From an uncultured Elusimicrobiaceae bacterium (GTDB lineage Bacteria; Elusimicrobiota; Elusimicrobia; Elusimicrobiales; UBA9959), in NCBI GenBank assembly GCA_964415175.1, contig CAYPYG010000001.1, positions 17,975-81,974 on the forward strand: a DNA stretch of 64,000 nt. The letters run 5' to 3'. Positions within the stretch are counted from its first letter, which is position 1; each line of letters starts with the position of its first letter. The notes below the pieces were generated by a model that saw nothing but the letters and a program-made list of their open reading frames with translations, did no database searches and was not told the DNA's origin. Positions 28,139-36,919 of the stretch are shown piece after piece. The translations under genes and the position numbers were made by a program.

Positions 28139-28522
28139 TCAGTCCGGCCGAGCCGCCAGCAGCGCCTTCACTTTCCTGTCCATCTCATCGAGCGCGAAGG
28201 GCTTCTGCACGGTGTCGCTGGCGCCGCTGAGCAGGGCGATAGGCTTCTCGCTGGCGGTGTCGCGCGAGGTCATGATTATTATCTTCGGGGCGTCCTGTCC
28301 CAGCCGCCCGGTGACCTCGTTGGCCACGTGGTAGCCGTCCATGTAGGGCATCATCACGTCGAGCAGCGCCAGGTCGAACTTCTCCTCCTGCAGCCGCTGC
28401 ACGGCGTCCTTGCCGTTGGTCACCACCTCCACCCGGTAGCCCTGCCCGCCGAAATAGGACTCCAGCAGGTCCGCCAGGTCCGGGTCGTCGTCCGCTATCA
28501 GGATGCGCTTTCCACCTGCCAT
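28139..28522 (-). CDS. Single-domain response regulator (CheY-like receiver)
   Basis: RILIADDD...LALLDVMMP...KP receiver motifs. ATG 28522 lies 25 nt inside the 3' end of dnaE. Confidence 0.85.
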   Translation of the reverse strand: MAGGKRILIADDDPDLADLLESYFGGQGYRVEVVTNGKDAVQRLQEEKFDLALLDVMMPYMDGYHVANEVTGRLGQDAPKIIIMTSRDTASEKPIALLSGASDTVQKPFALDEMDRKVKALLAARPD

Positions 28523-31500
28523 GTCTTCTCTCCCAGTACCGCCTCTATGTCCTTGAAAAGGTTCTCGCCGAGGGCCACGCGCTCGCTCATCTCGACCACG
28601 TACTTGCCGCTGCCGCGCGTGTCCAGGCGCAGGTAGACGGGCGCGCCGCCCTGGTGCTTCCCCAGCGCGGACCTGAGGGCCGAGAGCTGCTTGTCGTCGA
28701 GGAGGTTGGCGTCCGAGAGGAAGACCACCAGGTTCTTCCCCCATTTGCCGAAGGCCTCGCCCATGGCCGAGACCTCGTCGGCCAGCAGCTCGAAGCCGCC
28801 TTCGCCGAAATTGGATTCGTTGACCTGCCCCTGCACCACCACTATCTGGTTGGGGACCAGGTACTTGGAGTACAGCGCGTACTGCCGGGGGAACATCGTG
28901 GCGCTGATGCTGCCGGAAAGGTCCTCCAGTTCGAAGCGGGCCATCGGGTCGCCCTTCTTGGTCGTGATGTTCTTGACCTGCAGGATCATGCCGCCTATGC
29001 GCACCGCGGCGCCCTTCTTGTAGACGCCGCCCGAGACCTTCTCCACGCTGGCCGTGGTCAGCATGGACATCTGCCGGCGCAGGCTGGTCAGCGGGTGGCC
29101 GGAGAGGTAGAAGCCCAGCACTTCCTTCTCGTTCTTGAGCAGGTCGTGCTCGCTGAGCGCGGGAGCGGGGCCGTCCGCGGAGGTGTCCTTCTGCACCAGG
29201 CTGTCGGCGCCGAAAAGCATGTCCTGGGCCTCGTCGCAGGCCTTTTTGGGCCTGGAGAGAGAGCCGGAGGCCTTTTCGGCGGCGGCCAGGCCCCTGGCCC
29301 GGCGCTCCTCCGTCTTAGGGTCCTTGAAGAAGGAATCGAAAGCCCCGGCCTTGGCGGCCGACTCCAGGACGCGTTTATTGAGCTGGTGTCCTTCCATGCG
29401 GCAGACCAGGTCGGAGACGTTCTTGAACGGGCCGTTCTTATCCCGCTCGGCGGCCAGTTCCAGCACCACTCCTTCGCCGACGTTCTTTATCGCGGTCATG
29501 GCGAAGCGCAGGGCCGTTCTCCCGTCCTTCTTCTCCAGCGAGAAGACCGGTCCGGAGGCGTTGATGTCCGGGCCCAGCACCCCGAGGCCCATCTCCTGGG
29601 CCTCCTCCACGTAGGTGACGATCTTGTTCTCCTTGCCGCCCTCCTCGTCGACGGGGCTGTGGCCGATCTCGCTGGTCAGCAGCGCGGCCATGAACTCGGC
29701 CGGGTGATTGGCCTTGAGCCAGGCCGTCTGGTAGGCCACCAGCGCGTAGGCGACGGAATGCGACTTATTGAAGCCGTAGCCGGCGAACTTGGCCATGTCG
29801 TCATAGACCTTGGTGGCGAGCTTGGCCGGGATCTCCTTCTTCTTGCAGCCTTCGACGAACATCAGCCGCATCTTCTCCATCGCCTCCGCGTTCTTCTTGC
29901 CCATGGCCTTGCGCAGGCCGTCGGCCTCGCCGGGCGTGAAACCGGCCAGGCGCTTGGAGATCTCCATGACCTGCTCCTGGTAGACCATGGTGCCGTAGGT
30001 GTCGCGCAGCACCTCCTCCATGAGCTGGTGGTCGTATACGATCTTCTTCCGGCCGTGCTTGCGCTCGACGAAGAGCTCGAGCATGCCGCTCTGGATGGGG
30101 CCGGGGCGGTAGAGCGCCACGAGCGCCGAGATGTCGCTGAAGACGGAGGGCTTGAGGCTCTTGACCAGCTTCTTCATGCCGTCCGATTCCAGCTGGAACA
30201 CGCCGGTCGTGCGGCCCTCCGAGAGCAGGTCGAAGGTCCTCTTGTCGTCGAGCGGTATCCTGTAGATGTCGAAACCCCTGTCGCCGGCGGCGCGTATCAT
30301 GGCGGCCGCCGACTCTATGACGGTCAGCGTGCGCAGGCCCAGGAAGTCCATCTTCAGCAGGCCGAGGTTGCCCAGCTGGTTGCCGTCGTACTGCGTGGTG
30401 ACGACGTTCTTGTTGTTCTTGTTGGAGAGCGGGACGTATTTCGTCACGGCCTCGCGCGTGATGACCACGCCCGCGGCGTGCACGCCGGGCTGGCGCTTGA
30501 GGCCCTCCACCTTGAAGGCCATCTCGAAGAGCTTCTTGATCTTGGGGTCCTTCTGCGCGTCGCGCAATTCCTGCACCTCGGCCACGACCTTGGCCAGCGG
30601 CTCGTTGTTGGGGATCAGTTTGCAGAGCGCGTTGACGTCGGCCAGCGGCACGTCCATCACGCGGCCCATGTCCTTGAGGGCGCTCTTGGCCTTGATGGAA
30701 TTGTAGGTGATGATATTAGCCACGTTGTCGCGGCCGTAGCGCTGGCGCACGTACTCGATGACCTCGTCGCGGCCCTTGTCCGAGAAGTCGATGTCGAGGT
30801 CGGGCATGCTCTTGCGGTCCGGGTTGAGGAACCGCTCGAAGAGCAGGCCGTGGACCATCGGGTCCACGCGGGTTATGTCCAGCGCGTAGGCGACCAGCGA
30901 GCCGGCGCCCGAGCCGCGGCCGGGACCGACCGGGATGCCGACCGAGCGGGCGTGCTTTATGAAATCCATGACTATCAGGAAGTAGCCGGAGAAACCCATC
31001 CGCTTGATGACCCCGAGCTCGTAGTCGAGGCGCTCGATATAGTTGGCCGGGACCTGCCCGACCTTCACGCCGAGGCCCTCGAGACAGAGGTCGTGCAGGT
31101 ACTCGAACTGGCCCTCGGTCCCGGACTTGTATTTCGGGGGAGGATTGAAGATGGGGAAGACGAATTCGCCGGTATTGAGCTTCACGTTGCAGCGGGAGGC
31201 TATCTCCAGCGTGTTCTTCACCGCCTCCGGCGTATGGGAGAAGAGCTCGATCATCTCCTCCGGGCTCTTGTAGTAGAACTCGTGGGTGCTCATGCGCATC
31301 CGGGACTCGTCCTGTATCAGGCGGCCGGTGGCGATGCAGAGCTGGGCGTCGTGGGCCTCCCAGTCCTCGCGCTTCGGGTAATGACAGTCGTTGGTGGCCA
31401 CGACGGGGAGCCCCATCTTTTTGGACAGCTCCAGCAGGCCCTTCATCGCGGCCCGCTCCTCCGGAATGCCGTGGTCCATCAGCTCCAGGTAGAAATTGCC

Positions 31501-32037
31501 CTTGCCCATGATCGCGGCGTACTCGGCCGCGCGCGCCTCGGCCGCGGCCATATCGCCGGAGGCGCAGGCCCGGGCGACGTGGGACTTGAGGCAGCCGGAC
31601 ATCGCGAGCAGTCCGCCCTTGTACTTTTCGAGCAGCTCCAGGTCTATGCGCGGGTCGTGGTAGAATCCCTCCAGGAAGGCCCGAGAGACCAGCTCCAGCA
31701 GGTTCTGGTAGCCCTCGTTGGTCTCCGCCAGCAGGGTCAGGTGGCCGTTGTCGCGTCGGCTGGAGGTGGCCTTGTCCTTGTCGAGGCGGGAACCCTTGGC
31801 CACGTAGACCTCGCAGCCGATTATCGGCTTTATCCCGGCGGCGGAGGCGGTGTTGTAGAACTCCAGCGCGCCGTACATGTTGCCGTGGTCGGTGAGCGCC
31901 ATGGCCGGCACCCGCTTGTCGGAGAGTTCCTTCAGGAAGGGCGACGGCTTGCCGTGCCCGTCCGTGACGCGCAGCATCCCGTCGAGCATGGAATACTCGG
32001 AATGATTGTGCAGATGTATGAACCCGGCGGATTTCAT
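28498..32037 (-). CDS. dnaE: DNA polymerase III alpha subunit
   Basis: PHP-domain start FIHLHNHSEYSMLDG; full-length DnaE resemblance. The ATG at 32037 is preferred over the longer track ORF. Confidence 0.95.
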   Translation of the reverse strand: MKSAGFIHLHNHSEYSMLDGMLRVTDGHGKPSPFLKELSDKRVPAMALTDHGNMYGALEFYNTASAAGIKPIIGCEVYVAKGSRLDKDKATSSRRDNGHLTLLAETNEGYQNLLELVSRAFLEGFYHDPRIDLELLEKYKGGLLAMSGCLKSHVARACASGDMAAAEARAAEYAAIMGKGNFYLELMDHGIPEERAAMKGLLELSKKMGLPVVATNDCHYPKREDWEAHDAQLCIATGRLIQDESRMRMSTHEFYYKSPEEMIELFSHTPEAVKNTLEIASRCNVKLNTGEFVFPIFNPPPKYKSGTEGQFEYLHDLCLEGLGVKVGQVPANYIERLDYELGVIKRMGFSGYFLIVMDFIKHARSVGIPVGPGRGSGAGSLVAYALDITRVDPMVHGLLFERFLNPDRKSMPDLDIDFSDKGRDEVIEYVRQRYGRDNVANIITYNSIKAKSALKDMGRVMDVPLADVNALCKLIPNNEPLAKVVAEVQELRDAQKDPKIKKLFEMAFKVEGLKRQPGVHAAGVVITREAVTKYVPLSNKNNKNVVTTQYDGNQLGNLGLLKMDFLGLRTLTVIESAAAMIRAAGDRGFDIYRIPLDDKRTFDLLSEGRTTGVFQLESDGMKKLVKSLKPSVFSDISALVALYRPGPIQSGMLELFVERKHGRKKIVYDHQLMEEVLRDTYGTMVYQEQVMEISKRLAGFTPGEADGLRKAMGKKNAEAMEKMRLMFVEGCKKKEIPAKLATKVYDDMAKFAGYGFNKSHSVAYALVAYQTAWLKANHPAEFMAALLTSEIGHSPVDEEGGKENKIVTYVEEAQEMGLGVLGPDINASGPVFSLEKKDGRTALRFAMTAIKNVGEGVVLELAAERDKNGPFKNVSDLVCRMEGHQLNKRVLESAAKAGAFDSFFKDPKTEERRARGLAAAEKASGSLSRPKKACDEAQDMLFGADSLVQKDTSADGPAPALSEHDLLKNEKEVLGFYLSGHPLTSLRRQMSMLTTASVEKVSGGVYKKGAAVRIGGMILQVKNITTKKGDPMARFELEDLSGSISATMFPRQYALYSKYLVPNQIVVVQGQVNESNFGEGGFELLADEVSAMGEAFGKWGKNLVVFLSDANLLDDKQLSALRSALGKHQGGAPVYLRLDTRGSGKYVVEMSERVALGENLFKDIEAVLGEKTWQVESAS

Positions 32038-32070
32038 GTTGGGACGGCGATAATTATATAATTTATATAC

Positions 32071-32658
32071 GTGACCACCAAAACCATACCAGGGGCCGCG
32101 CGGAGAAAGACCGCGGAACTGCGCGAGACCCGTATCCGGACCCTCGGCCGCCTCCCCGGCAAAGCGGTCTCCTTCCGCGTGGACGAGGTGCGCCTGCCCG
32201 ACGGCAGGAAGGCCGTGCGCGGCTACATGGAGCACGCCGGGGCGGTGGCCGTCCTCCCGGTCCTGGACGACGGCCGCATCGTCTTCGTCCGCCAGCACCG
32301 CTACCCGGTGGGACGGGACACGCTGGAGATCCCGGCCGGAAAACTGAACGGTCCCGGGGACGATCCCGCCGCCCGCGCCCGCGCGGAGCTCGGGGAGGAG
32401 ACCGGCTGCACCGCCCGCCGCCTCACGCGGCTGCTGTCTTTCTGGCCCAGCACGGCCTTCTCTACGGAAATACTCCATATCTACCTGGCCCGGGGCCTCA
32501 GGGAAGGCGTCCCCTGCCCGGACGAGGACGAGTTCGTGGAGACCGTGATACTCGGTTTCAGGGAAGCCTGGGCGCTGGTCCGGAGCGGCCGCATCAAGGA
32601 CGCCAAGACCGTGATAGCGCTGCAGGCGTGGAAGATAAAGGAGCTTGAAAACAGATGA
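32071..32658 (+). CDS. NUDIX hydrolase (ADP-ribose pyrophosphatase-like)
   Basis: Nudix box GKLNGPGDDPAARARAELGEETG. The GTG start lies 8 nt after a TATAAT. Confidence 0.85.
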   Translation: MTTKTIPGAARRKTAELRETRIRTLGRLPGKAVSFRVDEVRLPDGRKAVRGYMEHAGAVAVLPVLDDGRIVFVRQHRYPVGRDTLEIPAGKLNGPGDDPAARARAELGEETGCTARRLTRLLSFWPSTAFSTEILHIYLARGLREGVPCPDEDEFVETVILGFREAWALVRSGRIKDAKTVIALQAWKIKELENR

Positions 32659-34634
32659 AATTCGACAACACCGACGAACTCTGCGTGAACACTCTCAGGG
32701 CCCTCTCCATCGACATGGTCGGCAGGGCCGACTCCGGCCATCCCGGGCTGCCGCTGGGGGCCGCGCCGCTGGCCTACGCCGTCTGGGCCGGCCACCTCAG
32801 GTTCTCCCCCGCCGACCCGCTCTGGACCGACAGGGACCGCTTCGTCCTCTCCGCCGGGCACGGTTCCTCCCTGCTCTACTCCATGCTGCACGTCTACGGC
32901 TTCGGCCTGGAGATGGAGGAGCTCGGGAACTTCCGCCAGCTGGGCAGCCGCACGCCGGGCCATCCCGAGTACGGCCACACCCCCGGCGTCGAGACGACGA
33001 CCGGTCCGCTGGGGCAGGGCTTCGCCAACGCCGTCGGCATGGCCCTGGCCGAGAAGCTGCTGGCGGAGAAGCTCAACACGCCGGAGTTCGCCCCGGTGGA
33101 CCATCACACCTACGTGCTCGCCGGCGACGGCGACCTGATGGAAGGCCTCAGTTACGAGGCGGCCTCGCTGGCCGGCACGATGAAACTGGGCAAGCTCATC
33201 TGCCTCTACGACTCCAACGGCATCACGATAGAGGGCTCCACCGCCCTGGCCTTCACCGAGGACGTGAAGAAAAGGTTCCAGGCGCAGGACTGGCAGGTCA
33301 TAGAGGTGGAGGACGGCAACAGCCTCGCGGAGCTCGACTCGGCCATACGCAAGGCCAGGCGCGAGACGGAGAAGCCGTCGCTGATAATCGCGCGCACGCA
33401 GATCGGCTTCGGCAGTCCCAAGCAGGGCAAGAGCAGCGTGCACGGCGAACCGCTCAAGCCCGAGGAGATAGCCGCCACCAAGCGGACCCTCGGCTGTCCC
33501 CCCGACCAGCCGTTCTGCATGCCGGAAGAGGCGCGCGCGCGCTTCGCGGAGACCGCCGCGGCCGGCGAGCGCGGCAGGAAGAAATGGCTAAAGCTCTGGA
33601 AGAAGTACAGCGAAGCCCATCCCGACAAGGCCGCCCTGGCCAAGGCCATGCTGGGCGGCGAGGTACCCGAGGACCTCTTCAAGGTCCCCGAGAACTTCTT
33701 CGACAAGCCGGCCGCCACGCGCGAGGCCTCCGGCAGGGTCATCAACCTGATGGCCGACAGGCTGCCCGGCCTTACCGGCGGCTCGGCCGACCTCGGCCCG
33801 TCGACCAAGACGGATTTCACGAAGGAGCCGGGACGCACGCTGCATTTCGGCATACGCGAGCACGCCATGGGCTCCATCCTCAACGGCCTGGCCCTGCACG
33901 GCGGGCTGATCCCGTTCGGCGCCACCTTCCTGGTCTTCTCCGATTACATGCGCCCGGCCCTGCGGCTGGCGGCGCTGATGAACGCGCCGGCGGTGTTCGT
34001 CTTCACGCACGACGGCATCGGCGTCGGAGAGGACGGCCCCACCCATCAGCCCGTCGAGCATCTGATGAGCCTGCGCCTGATACCGGGCCTGCTGGTGCTG
34101 CGGCCGGCCGACGCGTGGGAAACGCTCTACGCCTGGGAGGCGGCCGTCAGGACCCGACGCCCGGCCTGCCTCGCTCTTTCCCGCCAGAAACTGCCGCTGC
34201 TGACGCAGTTCAGGGCGAAAGCGGCCGAGGGGGTGAAACGCGGCGGCTACATCCTCAAGGAAGCCGTGGAGACACCCGACGTGGAGCTGATCGCCACCGG
34301 CTCCGAGGTGGCGCTGGCGCTGGAGGCGGCGGACCTGCTGGACAAGAAGGGGCTGGCGGCGCGCGTGATTTCGATGCCGTCGTTCGAACTTTTCAGGGAG
34401 CAGCCGCCGGCCTACCGCGAGAAGGTCCTCTCGCCCGGCACGCCCAAGCTGGCCGTGGAGGCCGGCAGGACGGCGGGCTGGAAGGACCTGGCGGGCGCCG
34501 AAACCTCCGCGCTGGGAGTGGAGACCTTCGGGAAGTCGGCCCCGGCCGGGCAGGTCTACGCCGCCGTCGGGCTGACGGCGAAGCGGGTCGCCGAGGAGGC
34601 GGCCGCTCTGGCGAAGGGAAGGACGAGGGGCTGA
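32655..34634 (+). CDS. tkt: Transketolase
   Basis: SGHPGLPLGAAP, GDGDLMEG and THDGIGVGEDGPTHQP motifs; ATGA overlap with nudix. Confidence 0.95.
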   Translation: MKFDNTDELCVNTLRALSIDMVGRADSGHPGLPLGAAPLAYAVWAGHLRFSPADPLWTDRDRFVLSAGHGSSLLYSMLHVYGFGLEMEELGNFRQLGSRTPGHPEYGHTPGVETTTGPLGQGFANAVGMALAEKLLAEKLNTPEFAPVDHHTYVLAGDGDLMEGLSYEAASLAGTMKLGKLICLYDSNGITIEGSTALAFTEDVKKRFQAQDWQVIEVEDGNSLAELDSAIRKARRETEKPSLIIARTQIGFGSPKQGKSSVHGEPLKPEEIAATKRTLGCPPDQPFCMPEEARARFAETAAAGERGRKKWLKLWKKYSEAHPDKAALAKAMLGGEVPEDLFKVPENFFDKPAATREASGRVINLMADRLPGLTGGSADLGPSTKTDFTKEPGRTLHFGIREHAMGSILNGLALHGGLIPFGATFLVFSDYMRPALRLAALMNAPAVFVFTHDGIGVGEDGPTHQPVEHLMSLRLIPGLLVLRPADAWETLYAWEAAVRTRRPACLALSRQKLPLLTQFRAKAAEGVKRGGYILKEAVETPDVELIATGSEVALALEAADLLDKKGLAARVISMPSFELFREQPPAYREKVLSPGTPKLAVEAGRTAGWKDLAGAETSALGVETFGKSAPAGQVYAAVGLTAKRVAEEAAALAKGRTRG

Positions 34635-34635
34635 A

Positions 34636-35721
34636 TCAAAGGGCCCGCGCCCGGCGCAGTCCCCACAGACCGAGCGCCAGGAAGAACAGCAGCGGACCGA
34701 AGGCGGCCGTGAACGGGCCCAGTATCTCCACCTGGCCGGCGGACTGGCCGAACATCATCGCGGCCCAGAGCAGGAAGCCGGACCCTATCGCGAGGCCGAG
34801 ATTGAAAAGTCTGCCCTGGCTGCCCAGCAGCAGGACCACCGCGGCGCCGAGCAGCGCCATGACCGGGTTGGCCAGCGGCGCGGCGAGCTTGCCCCAGAGG
34901 ACGGTCTCCTCCTCCGCCGACGGGGCGCCGATGAGACGCAGGCGTCTTATGCGCAGGAAAAGGCCGCGCATCGAGATCCCCTCCGGGACCAGTTTGTCCA
35001 TCACCATGTCCCAGGGCGCGAGCGCTATGTCGGAAATATGCGTTTCGCGGCGGGAAACCGCCGGCCCGGAAGGCAGGTACTCGGTCATCAGCGCGCCGTG
35101 GAACACCCAGCGCCCGCGGTCCGGGTCCCAGACGGCGGTCTCCGCCGAGATCTCCCCCGAAAGTTCCCCGGCGGCGTAGATATCGGCCGACACCTTCTCC
35201 ATCCGGCCCGCCGCCCCGTCGAACAGCCTCGCCGTGAGGAACACCCCTCCCCCCACCGAGAAGGAGACGTCCTCCCGGACCAGGCGGCGCCAGTCGTCGT
35301 AACCCCGCAGGTCCTCGTAATAAAGTTCCTGGGACCTCATAAAGGCCGGGGGCATCAGCAGTTCCTGCGCCGCCAGGTGCAGGACGGAGACGCCCAGGGC
35401 GCAGGCGAGCAGCGGCGCCAGCATCTGTGCCGGGCGGTAGCCGCCGGCCAGGCCCGCCTTCCATTCGCCCCGCGCCATGAGCCCGCCCAGGGCGAAAAGC
35501 GAGGCCAGCAGCGTCGCCATCGGCATCACCCTGACGGCGAAATAAGGCGCCTGCAGTCCTATATAGGAAAGAAAAAGCCCGGCGCCGGCGTCCTTCCCGG
35601 TGAAAACGGCCAGTTTGTCGAACGCGGTCCCGAAAAGGATGAGGGCCAGAAAGATCCCCAGGCCGAAAACGAAAGGGCCCCAGTAAAGAGAGGAGACGTA
35701 CCTGAAGAAGGTCTTTCTCAT
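34636..35721 (-). CDS. LptF/LptG family (YjgP/YjgQ) permease
   Basis: Six-TM pattern with a large periplasmic insert and a typical N-terminus; ATGA overlap with its partner. Confidence 0.8.
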   Translation of the reverse strand: MRKTFFRYVSSLYWGPFVFGLGIFLALILFGTAFDKLAVFTGKDAGAGLFLSYIGLQAPYFAVRVMPMATLLASLFALGGLMARGEWKAGLAGGYRPAQMLAPLLACALGVSVLHLAAQELLMPPAFMRSQELYYEDLRGYDDWRRLVREDVSFSVGGGVFLTARLFDGAAGRMEKVSADIYAAGELSGEISAETAVWDPDRGRWVFHGALMTEYLPSGPAVSRRETHISDIALAPWDMVMDKLVPEGISMRGLFLRIRRLRLIGAPSAEEETVLWGKLAAPLANPVMALLGAAVVLLLGSQGRLFNLGLAIGSGFLLWAAMMFGQSAGQVEILGPFTAAFGPLLFFLALGLWGLRRARAL

Positions 35722-36839
35722 CTGAAACTCAGTTTCCTGCGCCAGAGCCAGGCCCCCGCCAGGGCGCCGGCCGCCGTCGGCGCGAACATGACCCAGGGAA
35801 AAAGACCGGGCTGCTTGCGGCTTAGCGCCATGCCGGCCACGGTCAGCCCGTAATAGAGGAATATGACCAGCAGGCTGGCGGCGAAGCCGGAGGACCTGGC
35901 CTTCGAGTCCAGCACCAGCCCCAGCGGGGCGCCGAGCAGGAAAAAGACCAGCGGCGCCAGGGTCACGGAAAGCCGGCTGACTATCTCCATCCGGTAACGG
36001 AGGGCCAGGCGGCCGTCCTCCACCCCTTCGGACAGCCTGGCGAGCAGCGCGGGCGTGGTCATTTCCCTGGCGTGCAGGGGCCGCGTTTCGGTCCCGCCGG
36101 AAAAGAAGGGCAGCAGCGTCCTGTAGGAAGTGAAACCGCCGTGCATGAGACGCGCCCGTCCGCCGAAGGAGGACTGGCTAAGCGTGCCGTCGGCCAGTTC
36201 TATCTTTATCCCGAGGGCGGGTTCCACGCCGTAACGGCCCCGCGAGGCGCTGATGCGCATCAGCCGCGGCTGGGACCCCGGGCGCTGCACCCGCCGCGTC
36301 AGTTTCACGCCCCCGAGCCGTCCCGTCACGGCGTCGGCCTCGTCCGCGTAGAAGGTCCAGTCGGCTATCCTGCGGAAAGTCCGCGGCTTGAGCTCGATAT
36401 GCGTTATGCGGGAGACCATCGCCTCGACATGGTCGTTGGAACGCTTGAGGCTGACCGGGCCGGCCCAGTTCCCGAGCGCCGCGGTAAGCGCCGCGGCGCC
36501 CGCCGCGGCCAGGAGCAGCGGCGCCAGGACGCGCCCGAAGGAGAAGCCCGACGCGCGCAGCGCCATGATCTCGCCGTCGCGGGAAAGCTGGCCCAGGCCC
36601 AGGAGCAGCGCCATGAGGAAAGCGATCGGCAGCACGAGGGTCATGACGTTGGGCAGCAGGAAGAGGAGCGTCCGCGACATGAGCGGGAAGGAAAAGCCGT
36701 GCAGGACCCCCTCGTGCAGTATCTGGAGGAAGTTGACCATTACGATGAGCGCGGAGAAGATGAAGACCGAAAGCAGGAAAAAGCCGCCGAAGACCTTCAG
36801 CACATAGCGCTGCGCGACAGTTATCCTCATCGTTTCCAT
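35718..36839 (-). CDS. LptF/LptG family (YjgP/YjgQ) permease
   Basis: Paralogous architecture to 34636-35721. Confidence 0.8.
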   Translation of the reverse strand: METMRITVAQRYVLKVFGGFFLLSVFIFSALIVMVNFLQILHEGVLHGFSFPLMSRTLLFLLPNVMTLVLPIAFLMALLLGLGQLSRDGEIMALRASGFSFGRVLAPLLLAAAGAAALTAALGNWAGPVSLKRSNDHVEAMVSRITHIELKPRTFRRIADWTFYADEADAVTGRLGGVKLTRRVQRPGSQPRLMRISASRGRYGVEPALGIKIELADGTLSQSSFGGRARLMHGGFTSYRTLLPFFSGGTETRPLHAREMTTPALLARLSEGVEDGRLALRYRMEIVSRLSVTLAPLVFFLLGAPLGLVLDSKARSSGFAASLLVIFLYYGLTVAGMALSRKQPGLFPWVMFAPTAAGALAGAWLWRRKLSFR

Positions 36840-36853
36840 TCTATTATATATTT

Positions 36854-36863
36854 TGATTATAAT
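36854..36863 (+). promoter_or_regulatory. Extended -10-like TGATTATAAT in the divergent lptF/G - giant OMP intergenic region
   Basis: AT-rich 80-bp gap; motif match only. Confidence 0.35.
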
Positions 36864-36919
36864 ACTACGATGACCGTACGGCGGGCAGCGAGCCGCCGCG
36901 CGCTTTCGCTCGTCGCCAC

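Noticed and set aside
28654-32061. 1135-aa plus-strand ORF antisense to dnaE.
   Set aside because: dnaE on the minus strand is unambiguous over its full length. The antisense translation is a repetitive V/L/G/H/A-rich shadow.
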